IMG/VR virus record: IMGVR_UViG_3300012346_000689
Coordinates: 15,318 to 79,317 of that record
Source: a virus
Length of the DNA stretch: 64,000 nt
Direction: 5' to 3' (one strand)
Made by a program: the position numbers and the translations under genes. The notes beneath the pieces are model-generated. The model made no database searches and was not told the origin of the DNA. It was given only the letters and a program-made list of their open reading frames with translations. Below, piece after piece: positions 47,335-56,830 of this stretch; position 1 is the stretch's first letter; each line of letters opens with the position of its first letter.

Positions 47335-50300
47335 CGTTTTTGTATCGCTTGAATTAGATCACAAGAAATTAGATAAGGCTATTGATGATTTACAGAGAGA
47401 AAAACTCTTTGTGCCCGTCACTTTTGATGTAGATAGAAAGTCTTTTGACAGCAGAGTTAAGTGGCTAAAGTCTGAGAGGATTGCTATACCTGTAACCTTT
47501 GAGGTTGACAGGAAAGGCTTAGACTCTGAACTAAAGGCACTCAAGGGTGAGCGCATATTTATTCCCGTCGAGTTTGATATAGACAAAAGTCAATTGAGTG
47601 ATCTATCCAAGGGGATAAGCGTTGACGTAGGACTAGATTTTGACGAGAATGATATATCTGATTTTGAAAGAGGTAGTTCAGTTGTCCTTGAAACTAGTCT
47701 TGATTTTAGCCCTGCCAAGCAACAAATAGATGAGTTCAAGCGTTCTTTATCTGTTAACAGCAGCATCTCCGTTAATGGTGGTGAGCAAGGTTCGGGAATG
47801 TGTTGTGGAGCTATTGTTAACGCGATAGATAAGCTTCACGGCAGTATAAAGATTGGTTTACAGCAAGGTTCGGAGAAAACCGTACGAGATGCCAATCCTC
47901 AAGGTCTATTAAATACCGTGACTTCGCCATTGCGTAGTGTGATGAGGGGAGCCTTTGAAGGGGTTGGGCAAAACCTCAGTCGTTCGTTCGCGACTCAAAC
48001 AGCCGTGGCGCTAGAGAGAGATTTAAACGTATCCATGACGAAAATGGGATCGCGTTTTGGGGAAGTCTCCGCCAAATTTCTTAATAACACTTTCTTTCGT
48101 GGAGTAAAACGACAGCAGGAAACTGCTATTGAACCACAACAAAGGCAACTTGCTGCCGGTACAGCCAGACCTCAAATTGAATCAGCAACAGATTGGAAGG
48201 GTCGAGTACGGGCTATCGGTCCATCTAAGATGTTCTTTCAGATGTCTGCATCTAGTGCAAAAGAGATCGCTCTTGGCTTTCAGTCTCAGGAGTCTGCCGT
48301 TAAAGAGTCTGTGCTTCGCTTGGGGAATGCAGCTGAAGATGCAGCGAGAACCAGTTTTGGGTCGATTGGATATAATATTGTTGAGGAATTAAAGAAGGGA
48401 GTAAGCAAATATCTCGGAAAGGATATTCAGGGACTAGGCTCACAAATAGGCTTAGACCTAGTTACTGGTGTAAAACGGGTACTAGGTATTAAGTCACATT
48501 CAAGGGTTTTTAAGGCAATAGGAAAAGATATTGTTGCCGGGCTAAGGGATGGGCTTGTTGACTTTGAGGGGACTCTTGAAGACCAAGAGCGTTTTTTGAA
48601 TGTTTATGTAAAGTCTATTATTGAGACAGTATCGGAAATTAAGCCATTTCATGGTGGCAAACCAGCTACCCCGGCACAATACTTGAAGAAAATGTTTACC
48701 GAGGTCGGGAAAACGGGGGTAGCCACACCTCAACAAGTTGAGTCAATCAAAAGATTAATCCCTCAAGTGCAGAAGGTGGGTAACTTAGGTGCTTTTGGAG
48801 GTGGTTATTATCCTTCCTCCAACCAAATAAAAATAAAAGCGCCTAAACTCCAAAATCGTCCCAAGGGCGTTGACCCCAAGGATTACGAGGACATTGCAAT
48901 CGCGAGGATTGTCATACATGAATTTACCCACGCGATGCAGGCAGGATTTAAGAGTTGGCAATTACCGTTTGCCGGCGCGTCTAGTGAGCCCAAAAAAGCA
49001 AAGATAGGGAGGTGGTTAGATGTCAAAAGATGGCAGAGAGGCGTAGCTGGAAGCTCTGGCAAGCACAAGAACGAAAAAACAGTTGTCGCTGCCGAGAAAG
49101 AAGCTTACGCAATGGATTCTTATATTTCTAAGAAATTATCAGAACGAGGTTTTTTCCTCGCGGAGGCCGAGGATGTACGCGAGGCAGATAAAACGTTTGG
49201 AAGACAATCTCTATTGCACCCCTATCGAAGACGCTTTGTCTCAAGCGATAACCGCATGGTAAGCGGTGCCCCTGTTGCAAGAATAGCAAAAATGAAGGCG
49301 GAAGAAAATATATTACTTGACAGAATTAAGCGGATGGAATCGGTGATTGCGCAAAGAGAAGCTAAATTACGATCTCTAGCAACATCGGGAGGGACTGGAC
49401 TAGAGAGAATGGAGTCGCGGATTTTAAATAGTGGGAAAAGGCTTGTCGATTATGAAAGGCAATTGAGAGATCTACAACAGAGGATGGACGCTCTCTACCG
49501 TAAATATACTCCCACCAATAAAGCTTTACCCTATGCTCCTGAAAGGATGGCTTTACCTTATACTCCTGAGAGGGCAGCCTTGCCTTATGGTGTAAGAAGA
49601 AAAGATTTGCCTTATGTCCCTGGGAGAAAGGCTTTGTCGGGCAGAGAGAGGACTATTACAATCGAAGCGGTTGAGATCAAGAGGGAATCGGGAAATATCC
49701 TCTCGAATGTTGTCGCTGGCTTGAGGCAGGGATTAGGGCAATGGTCTAACCAGATATTAGGGCTAGGGAAGCGGATAGGGTCAGGGTTGTTGACAGGAAT
49801 CAAAAAGGTTCTGCGGATTCAGTCTCCTTCAGAGGAGGCCCGGCAGGTGATGTTAAACGTCATTAAAGGATTGATTAATGGAGGAAGGGAAGTAGGTCCT
49901 TTTTTGCAAGGGTTTGTCGGGAAATTTCAGTCCGCGCTAGATAAACTCAAGCGACTATCCTCTAACCCACGACCATCTCAGAGCAGTCCTACCACTGGAG
50001 GTGCGGGGGGTAGCTCGCCTGGCGTTGGTGGGTTTGATCATGATGCACTTGAATCAATATTTTCTTCCCTGACGATGGCAGCGTCGCCATTGATTATAAC
50101 TTTCTTGGGATTGAATAACGTGCTTAATCCGCTCATCAGGAAAGTGGCAGACACACTGATGTTTATTGAGCCGGTACGAAGACGGTTTGAGGTAGGAGCC
50201 GGTTCTGTTGAGGCTGGTCGCGCTCGTATGGGCGAAATAGAAGATTTATCGTCTCGGTATCGTGTGCCTATCGAAACCGCTTTGACCGAGTATTCTAAGT

Positions 50301-53300
50301 TTCAGATAGCGGTATCTGGTACTCCATTAAGGGGTAGTAAAGCAGACGATTTCTTTGAATCCCTGACTATTGCTATTAAGGGATTGGGGATGAGTTCTGA
50401 AGAGGCAGGACGGGTATTCCTAGCGTTTAATCAGATCATCCAGAAGGGTCGGTTAAGCGCTGAGGAAATCAGGCAGCAGTTGGCAGAGACGGGATTTCCT
50501 GTTATCGAGTTTGCCAAAGCATTAAATATGAGCGTGACAGAATTTAACGAGTTGTTAGATCGGGGAGCATTTACTGCTGAGGAGGTGTTCCCTAAATTAG
50601 CTAAACAGTTGCGCAAGGATTTTGGAGACGCAGCTAAACAAGCAACAGGCGACTTCCTTAGTGGGATGATACGAGTCCAAAATGCCGTGTTCTCCATGAG
50701 TAAAGCCATAGGGGATATGTTTGGGAGTGTGTTCGCAGGAATTTCTCACGGGATGGCCTCTGCCCTTGAGTTTGTGGTTGAGAAGATGAAATTTATTGTT
50801 ACAGTAGGGTCAACCTTCTTGATCGGGTTTGGAGTTCAAGCATTCATAGGATTGCGTTCTGCTTTGTCTGGAATGCTTTCTGGAAGCGGTGCATTGATGG
50901 AAATGTTCACGTCTAGGCAGGCTCTTTTAGCTAAAGCTATTACCCACGGATTGCAGATGATGAGACCATTCTTGGTAGTGGCAATAGCCAGCCTTTTAGA
51001 TGAAGTATTTGGGACTAAATACAGTGTCTTTGAGAATCTGGGCGCATTCTTTAAGAACCTGATTATCAACCTTGTTTATATGGTTGACAATATCATGTCC
51101 GCATTGAAAAGCAACCAAGGGTTAATAGGATTCGCTAATGGGTTTGTTTTGTTGGGCAAAGCGATCGCCTCTGCTTTTCAATCTATTCCGTCGGGTGTTG
51201 TGGAATTAACCGCTCTGATGTTTATCCTGATTCAGATTAATATGCTATTGAAGTTGTATATTATAGATGCGGTCAGGACTTTTACTGCCACGCTATGGAA
51301 ACTAATCTCTGCTATGTGGTCAGCAGTGGCATCAGGTAAGGGGCTGAGTGCAATTTGGGGTACTTTAGCTGGTGGGATGAAGTTGGCTATGGTAGGAGCA
51401 CACGCTTTACTGGCTGTATTTGTCTTTCTATTGGCCAAAAGCGACTTCCTTAACGATTTATGGCAGCCACTTAAAGATACTACCAAAGACCTAACCTTTG
51501 CTATTCAAGGGATGAAGAACGCTTTAGACCAAGTGGGTGCTAGTGGCGAGGGCGCAGCAAAACGGATCGGTGGTCTGAAGTCGAAGGGGGTTGAATTGAA
51601 CCTGAAGTATGCTTTAGGGTTTGGAGGAGACAGTGTTAAATCAGATGATGCCGCGATCGCCCACAGGAACAAAATATATGACCGGTTGAAGGAACAGGGT
51701 CGGCATATATCTACTGTTAAGGCAGTGTACGACAAGGCTTTTGTAAAAGAGTTAGACGACTTGGGACTGAGTGAGTCCATAGGTGCTTATCGTGCTAGTT
51801 TTATGACGATAGCAGAGGAGAACCTCTATAAAAATACCAAAAAACAGAAAGAGATGGCTGATACGCTAACTAAGGATCTAGGTGCTATGGGTTTATCTCC
51901 TAATTCTAAGATTTCCTTCGAGCCACGGACGGTCTTATCTGCTCAGTCCCAGGACTATTTAAGAGTGCTGTTCAAGAATGAGGGTGTGAAGGTTGATTCT
52001 GATGGCGTTACTGCGGAGGTAGATTCACTCAAGGCTGTTGCAGCTATTGATAAAGCAATCAATGAGAAGAGGAAAGAACGCCAAGATTTAGGACTTATTG
52101 ACACGGCTGAAGCTAAGAAACAAATAGGCGAGATAGATATTGAGATTCAGAAACTACAAGAGGAAAGGGTTCTGGTTGTCAAGCCCGTGGTAGATATTGT
52201 TAACTATTTAGGTGATAGTAAAAAGGCTGTTGAGTCTTATATTGATACTATTAATCAGAGTGCTGATTATTCTCCCGCCGTCAAACGTCGCCTGATTGAG
52301 ACCGTACAGCCAGCACTTGATGGCATCGCCCAAGCATCTAAAATATTAGAAGAACGGGGTTACATTGATGCCGTTGACAACATTAGCTCTGTGTGGAAAG
52401 ACGTAACCAATAGCTTAACTGATGCGACAAAAGCATACGAAAAGTGGCAACGGCTCAATGAAATTTCTACTACGGGAATTAAGGCAGAGTTGGTGGGTAA
52501 AAACCTACCTGAGCCAGAGAAGTCTCGGCAGTTAGGGGAGTTGGAACTTAAGGATTTGTCATCACAACTATCTAAACTTGAGGCTATGCAAACCAAGAGA
52601 AGGGAGTCCCTCGCCCAACTGCTTAGTATTGAAGGGTCATTACAAAGTGAGAAAAAACAAGAGCTTGAGGAACTCAGAAAAGAGACTGCTCAGGGTGATA
52701 TTGAACTAGCTAAGAAACGGTTAGAAGTGGCTGAAAAGTCCGCTTCTGAACGATTAGCGATAGAAGAGTACACCCTGCAAAAGATAAGAGAACTTAATGA
52801 CGTTACCAATGCTCAGATAACTATCGCTTCTCAGGGCATGATTGAACGTATCCTCAAGAGTCAATCCCTTGCCCAATTGAGTCCTGAGCGTGCGGACTTC
52901 TTGAAGGGGCAAGCCCAAAGAGACGCTACAAGGAAGCAGATTGTATCTGAAATAAACACTAATAAGCGACTCTTGGCAGAGATACGGGCTACCTCTCAGA
53001 AGCGATTGGCTGAAGCTAGTGAGCCGGGTAAATTGTCCATGCCTGAATATAGTGCAGTCGTTCGCTACGAGAGTAAACGGATTGCGGATGCTAAGGCTGC
53101 CCTTGCTACGGCTAAAGTTAAGCTTCTTGACGAGGAACTCGCGGCAAGGAAAGAGGTCTCTTCTGAACGATTGCGAATTAACGAGTACAACCTCTATAGA
53201 GGACAAGAGACAATAGGACTGACCTCTAAGGAAAATGCTAACCTTGCTGAGATGCAGATAATCTTGACCGCGATCGCTAAAACTCAGAAGGATTTGAAAG

Positions 53301-54811
53301 TGATCGGCAACGACCCGGTTAAGGCAAGAGAATTGACAAGGACTCTGAGAGAACAGGAAGAGTCTCTGATTGCGATCTTATCCACTCAACGGAAATTTAC
53401 TATTGAGAGAGAGAAAACTGCTCGCCTTGACCAAGTTAACCGTCTCAAACTGTCGGGCATGGATGAACTAGCTAACCTTGAGAGGATAAAAGCAGAGACG
53501 GATTACACCAAACTGCTTATCGGACAAAAACAAGCAGAATTGAGGGAATATGATAAATTGAACCTGTCTAAGGCATTCTCTGACCGTCAATATGCAGAAA
53601 AGAGACGGGGTTTAATTCAAGAGATAGATAGCCTAACAAGTCAATCTATTAGCTATCAAATTGAGATGATTGAGGCTCAAACTACCGCCTTAAACAAGGG
53701 TTTAGACATTGAGGTGGAGTACCGCGAGAAACTGCGGGGGATGCTCGACTCTGAACGAGAACAAAGGAAACAACTATTGTCCGCTACTAAGGAACAAGCA
53801 CGGGCTAACTCTACCCTCAAAACCCAACGATTAGAAGGTAAAATCGGTCTTTTAGGGGATATTATCTCTTCTAATGACGATGAGAAACAGAAGAAAAGGA
53901 TAGAGGATTATAACAAGAAAGAATCCCAAAATAAGGTCAAACGCTTTGCTTCTTTATTAGGTGTCTCCACTACTGACCCGGTAGCCCTGCTCATCAAACA
54001 AAGTGATCTAGAACAAAAGCTCGCTAATGAAAAACTCAAGGCCTTAAAAGAGGAGCAACGCTTGGCTAAAGAGCTACTCTTATTAGAACAAGAGCAAACT
54101 CTTGAGAGTAAGAGGCAAGCCATTGAACAAGCGAAGATTAACGAGCTTAAGGCTGAACAATCTTTACTACAATCAGAGTTAGCCCTTTTACAAGCTAAAA
54201 CTCCTCAAGATGTACTTATCGCTCAAAAAGGTATGGCGATCGCGGAAAGGGGTTTAGAACTTGCTAGGCAACAGGTCATCTCGACTGATAACGCTTTACG
54301 CTCTCAGATAGAAATATTCAATAAACAGAGGATAACTGCTGAAAAAGAGCAGACCTCTACCTTACGCTCTCAATCTCTCGATTCTGTTCGCTCTAACTAT
54401 AAATCTCTCCCGAATGTCAACCCCTTTACTGTCAAATCGGAGAGAATCCCCTTAATCGGGGGCAATCAGGAGAAAAATCCCACAGATTTGAGGATTCCTC
54501 AGTCTCTATCTGATTTGAATAGCTTTTACGCTCCTAAGTTTAATCTAGGAGATTTTACCCCTATCGCTCAATCCATAGAAGACCTAAACCGTATTTATGA
54601 CCCTAAACGACAACCGACCCCACCACCTACCGTGCAACAACTATCTCCCTTTGAAAAGGCTATCCTTGAGAAGCTGAACAAGCCTAGCATTGAAAGGTTA
54701 GAGTTTAACAACACCTTTGAGAGCCAAGATCAGGAGGCTTTGCTGCGTAGGGTGAGGACTCAGGTTGTCACTGATATTAATCAGGTGATCAATAGCTCAA
54801 CTAGCCTATAG
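47321..54811 (+). CDS. tape measure protein (~2500 aa) with internal HExxH domain
   Basis: Two G/RI.S.S motifs, tape-measure domain (SEEAGRVFLAFNQIIQKGRLSAEEIRQQLAE), hydrophobic centre, long coiled coil. Confidence 0.9.
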   Translation: MNGVNVFVSLELDHKKLDKAIDDLQREKLFVPVTFDVDRKSFDSRVKWLKSERIAIPVTFEVDRKGLDSELKALKGERIFIPVEFDIDKSQLSDLSKGISVDVGLDFDENDISDFERGSSVVLETSLDFSPAKQQIDEFKRSLSVNSSISVNGGEQGSGMCCGAIVNAIDKLHGSIKIGLQQGSEKTVRDANPQGLLNTVTSPLRSVMRGAFEGVGQNLSRSFATQTAVALERDLNVSMTKMGSRFGEVSAKFLNNTFFRGVKRQQETAIEPQQRQLAAGTARPQIESATDWKGRVRAIGPSKMFFQMSASSAKEIALGFQSQESAVKESVLRLGNAAEDAARTSFGSIGYNIVEELKKGVSKYLGKDIQGLGSQIGLDLVTGVKRVLGIKSHSRVFKAIGKDIVAGLRDGLVDFEGTLEDQERFLNVYVKSIIETVSEIKPFHGGKPATPAQYLKKMFTEVGKTGVATPQQVESIKRLIPQVQKVGNLGAFGGGYYPSSNQIKIKAPKLQNRPKGVDPKDYEDIAIARIVIHEFTHAMQAGFKSWQLPFAGASSEPKKAKIGRWLDVKRWQRGVAGSSGKHKNEKTVVAAEKEAYAMDSYISKKLSERGFFLAEAEDVREADKTFGRQSLLHPYRRRFVSSDNRMVSGAPVARIAKMKAEENILLDRIKRMESVIAQREAKLRSLATSGGTGLERMESRILNSGKRLVDYERQLRDLQQRMDALYRKYTPTNKALPYAPERMALPYTPERAALPYGVRRKDLPYVPGRKALSGRERTITIEAVEIKRESGNILSNVVAGLRQGLGQWSNQILGLGKRIGSGLLTGIKKVLRIQSPSEEARQVMLNVIKGLINGGREVGPFLQGFVGKFQSALDKLKRLSSNPRPSQSSPTTGGAGGSSPGVGGFDHDALESIFSSLTMAASPLIITFLGLNNVLNPLIRKVADTLMFIEPVRRRFEVGAGSVEAGRARMGEIEDLSSRYRVPIETALTEYSKFQIAVSGTPLRGSKADDFFESLTIAIKGLGMSSEEAGRVFLAFNQIIQKGRLSAEEIRQQLAETGFPVIEFAKALNMSVTEFNELLDRGAFTAEEVFPKLAKQLRKDFGDAAKQATGDFLSGMIRVQNAVFSMSKAIGDMFGSVFAGISHGMASALEFVVEKMKFIVTVGSTFLIGFGVQAFIGLRSALSGMLSGSGALMEMFTSRQALLAKAITHGLQMMRPFLVVAIASLLDEVFGTKYSVFENLGAFFKNLIINLVYMVDNIMSALKSNQGLIGFANGFVLLGKAIASAFQSIPSGVVELTALMFILIQINMLLKLYIIDAVRTFTATLWKLISAMWSAVASGKGLSAIWGTLAGGMKLAMVGAHALLAVFVFLLAKSDFLNDLWQPLKDTTKDLTFAIQGMKNALDQVGASGEGAAKRIGGLKSKGVELNLKYALGFGGDSVKSDDAAIAHRNKIYDRLKEQGRHISTVKAVYDKAFVKELDDLGLSESIGAYRASFMTIAEENLYKNTKKQKEMADTLTKDLGAMGLSPNSKISFEPRTVLSAQSQDYLRVLFKNEGVKVDSDGVTAEVDSLKAVAAIDKAINEKRKERQDLGLIDTAEAKKQIGEIDIEIQKLQEERVLVVKPVVDIVNYLGDSKKAVESYIDTINQSADYSPAVKRRLIETVQPALDGIAQASKILEERGYIDAVDNISSVWKDVTNSLTDATKAYEKWQRLNEISTTGIKAELVGKNLPEPEKSRQLGELELKDLSSQLSKLEAMQTKRRESLAQLLSIEGSLQSEKKQELEELRKETAQGDIELAKKRLEVAEKSASERLAIEEYTLQKIRELNDVTNAQITIASQGMIERILKSQSLAQLSPERADFLKGQAQRDATRKQIVSEINTNKRLLAEIRATSQKRLAEASEPGKLSMPEYSAVVRYESKRIADAKAALATAKVKLLDEELAARKEVSSERLRINEYNLYRGQETIGLTSKENANLAEMQIILTAIAKTQKDLKVIGNDPVKARELTRTLREQEESLIAILSTQRKFTIEREKTARLDQVNRLKLSGMDELANLERIKAETDYTKLLIGQKQAELREYDKLNLSKAFSDRQYAEKRRGLIQEIDSLTSQSISYQIEMIEAQTTALNKGLDIEVEYREKLRGMLDSEREQRKQLLSATKEQARANSTLKTQRLEGKIGLLGDIISSNDDEKQKKRIEDYNKKESQNKVKRFASLLGVSTTDPVALLIKQSDLEQKLANEKLKALKEEQRLAKELLLLEQEQTLESKRQAIEQAKINELKAEQSLLQSELALLQAKTPQDVLIAQKGMAIAERGLELARQQVISTDNALRSQIEIFNKQRITAEKEQTSTLRSQSLDSVRSNYKSLPNVNPFTVKSERIPLIGGNQEKNPTDLRIPQSLSDLNSFYAPKFNLGDFTPIAQSIEDLNRIYDPKRQPTPPPTVQQLSPFEKAILEKLNKPSIERLEFNNTFESQDQEALLRRVRTQVVTDINQVINSSTSL

Positions 54812-54879
54812 ATTGAGTTGGTTTGTATGGGAAAAACTGCTATTCATCATAGCAGTTAAAGAGTTTTATCTTGTTATAC

Positions 54880-55185
54880 TTAGTTGTACCAACCCGCTTG
54901 AAAAACCTTGTTTTTAATAGTTTTCCCTGATTTGTCCTCAAATTGCATATCGGGTGTTAAAGTGACGGTACAATAATCTTTCATTGAAGTTTGCCTATGA
55001 TTCCACAGGCAAACTTTCGCTTCTATCGACTTATTTGTTTTTCCATCTATTTCTCGCGGAGTAATAGTTTCTCTATAATAAGCTTTGATAATTCTAAACT
55101 CAATCCCACTCTTGTTAAATATAAAAGCATTTTTAAGAGCGTTTACGTTAACTGTTTCTGAAGCAATAGGTTTCATGGTTTGCAC
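54880..55185 (-). CDS. hypothetical protein
   Basis: Downstream of palindrome copy 4; GAGG RBS. Confidence 0.5.
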   Translation of the reverse strand: MQTMKPIASETVNVNALKNAFIFNKSGIEFRIIKAYYRETITPREIDGKTNKSIEAKVCLWNHRQTSMKDYCTVTLTPDMQFEDKSGKTIKNKVFQAGWYN

Positions 55186-55243
55186 CTCTTGTTTTTTTCT
55201 ATATCTTTATACTAGCCAACTCTAATTCCCTTGTGCGCAAGAC

Positions 55244-55267
55244 TGTGACAGTTTGCAAACTGCCACA
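55244..55267 (-). promoter_or_regulatory. 24-bp palindrome, copy 4 of 7
   Basis: TGTGACAGTTTGCAAACTGCCACA. Confidence 0.65.
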
Positions 55268-55328
55268 GTACCCAACGAGATTTCAGTAGTTTTAAAGATT
55301 GAATGCGATCGCAGATTGATGATATTGA

Positions 55329-55976
55329 TTAGGTGTCAATCTGACTCATTTGATCAGAGACTAGGCGCTTCACTAAGGCTGCCTTAGTCCCCGTGTCGGG
55401 GAGTCCCTGTTCTTGACACAAGGCCTTTAGCTCTTTCAGGGTAAACCCGCTATAAAACTCTTTTGCGTAAGCAATTTTATCCTCTTCCGTTAATTCTGTA
55501 TCTGCCTCTGATATATCTTCTACCTCCTTAATCATCGTACCTATATCAACATGATTGCTTTTATGCCCGTTTCCATTCCCGTTACCGTTAACTTCATCTC
55601 GGATCATTTGAGATATTAAACTAGCGTCAACTTCTATAGTATCGCTATTCTCTACATTATCTAAATCCGATTCATCTGGCGCGGTTTCCTCTAGTTGAGG
55701 ATAAACTGTCAGTGTATCTTTCAAGACTTCTAATTGTGCCCAAAAATCTGTTAACAGGTCTTGATTATCCCCTACCGTAGCTAGGGATAAGAAATTCTGA
55801 ATCTGGTCTAGTGCTGATTGACCGGCACCGATCAAGGTGAGTTTAGCTTGTTGCTCTGTTTCTAGAACTTTGCGATCTTCCCTGAGTTGCTTCAATTGTA
55901 ATTCTAACTCTTGAATCTGAGATGACAAGTTAGCGATCGCGTTATTAAAATTGTCAATAGTAGTTTGTCCAAACAT
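55329..55976 (-). CDS. coiled-coil protein with C-terminal SAP domain
   Basis: FTLKELKALCQEQGLPDTGTKAALVKRL. Confidence 0.75.
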   Translation of the reverse strand: MFGQTTIDNFNNAIANLSSQIQELELQLKQLREDRKVLETEQQAKLTLIGAGQSALDQIQNFLSLATVGDNQDLLTDFWAQLEVLKDTLTVYPQLEETAPDESDLDNVENSDTIEVDASLISQMIRDEVNGNGNGNGHKSNHVDIGTMIKEVEDISEADTELTEEDKIAYAKEFYSGFTLKELKALCQEQGLPDTGTKAALVKRLVSDQMSQIDT

Positions 55977-56012
55977 GGTATAGATCCTCTTGTATAGTTG
56001 TGTAAATTGATT

Positions 56013-56077
56013 TTTCCCTATTTAGGGAATGCGAACGCAAAGGATTCGATCCTCACCTCTCGGATAATGCGATCGCT
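56013..56077 (-). ncRNA. T-loop minihelix leader element, copy A
   Basis: Minus strand: GCGATCGCA...GAGG-ATCGAAT-CCTT-TGCGTTCGC, then the TTCCCTAAATAGGGAA hairpin. Confidence 0.5.
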
Positions 56078-56086
56078 GTTTATTAA

Positions 56087-56395
56087 TTAATCTTCGTCAT
56101 CTTCATATATTATTTGATCATCAAAATCCTCTATTGACAACGACGAATCTATATAGATTTTGCTCAAAAACGCATTTAATCCTGAATCCCAACAAATACC
56201 ATCCCAAGGATTTTTGCATAGGCTGGTTATCAATAAGTAGTTTACTGTTTCCCATGGAGCATCGCTCGCAGGGTAATAAGTATCAACACCAACACCATTC
56301 AATTGAGCAACAGTAAACTTTTGTTTGTGCCTGTCTAACGCACGTGGAAAAACCATGTTTTTTAAAAGTAAGATTGACTCTTTATTTAGTAGCAT
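56087..56395 (-). CDS. hypothetical protein
   Basis: AAGGT RBS, 102 aa. Confidence 0.55.
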   Translation of the reverse strand: MLLNKESILLLKNMVFPRALDRHKQKFTVAQLNGVGVDTYYPASDAPWETVNYLLITSLCKNPWDGICWDSGLNAFLSKIYIDSSLSIEDFDDQIIYEDDED

Positions 56396-56416
56396 AATTA
56401 CCTTTTTGATAGTGTA

Positions 56417-56480
56417 TTTCCCTATTTAGGGAATGCGACATCAGAGAATCGAACTCTGTCTAGGCAACCATGCGATCGCT
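56417..56480 (-). ncRNA. T-loop minihelix leader element, copy B
   Basis: Minus strand: GCGATCGCAT...CAGAG-TTCGATT-CTCTG-ATGTCGC, then the TTCCCTAAATAGGGAA hairpin. Confidence 0.5.
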
Positions 56481-56502
56481 TACCGTACTGCTCAGTCGCT
56501 GT

Positions 56503-56673
56503 TTATTCGACCAAGAAAGCCATAGGTATGTAATCTATTTCTTCTTGGCAGCATTCAGCCAAAGATTCCAACCAATTTTGTTCAGGCGCTTCCTCTGCTA
56601 TATCTACCATCCCCATCGCTACACAAAAATCATTTAATCTGGAATCAATCTCGTTAATGTCGTCAGTCATCAT
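56503..56673 (-). CDS. small acidic hypothetical protein (56 aa)
   Basis: Translated by hand: MMTDDINEIDSRLNDFCVAMG...; below the ORF-track cutoff. Confidence 0.5.
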   Translation of the reverse strand: MMTDDINEIDSRLNDFCVAMGMVDIAEEAPEQNWLESLAECCQEEIDYIPMAFLVE

Positions 56674-56743
56674 TGCCCTGTCCCCTTGTTTTTAACCTTA
56701 CTCCTCTACAATAGCCAACCACTAGCCACCTTGTGCATACTAT

Positions 56744-56767
56744 TGTGACACTTTCTCAACTGTCACA
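56744..56767 (-). promoter_or_regulatory. 24-bp palindrome, copy 5 of 7
   Basis: TGTGACACTTTCTCAACTGTCACA. Confidence 0.65.
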
Positions 56768-56830
56768 ATAGGCTACGAGTTCTCGGCAGATTCGGGGCTC
56801 AAGCACTTCATGAAACGGTACAAATTGTAC

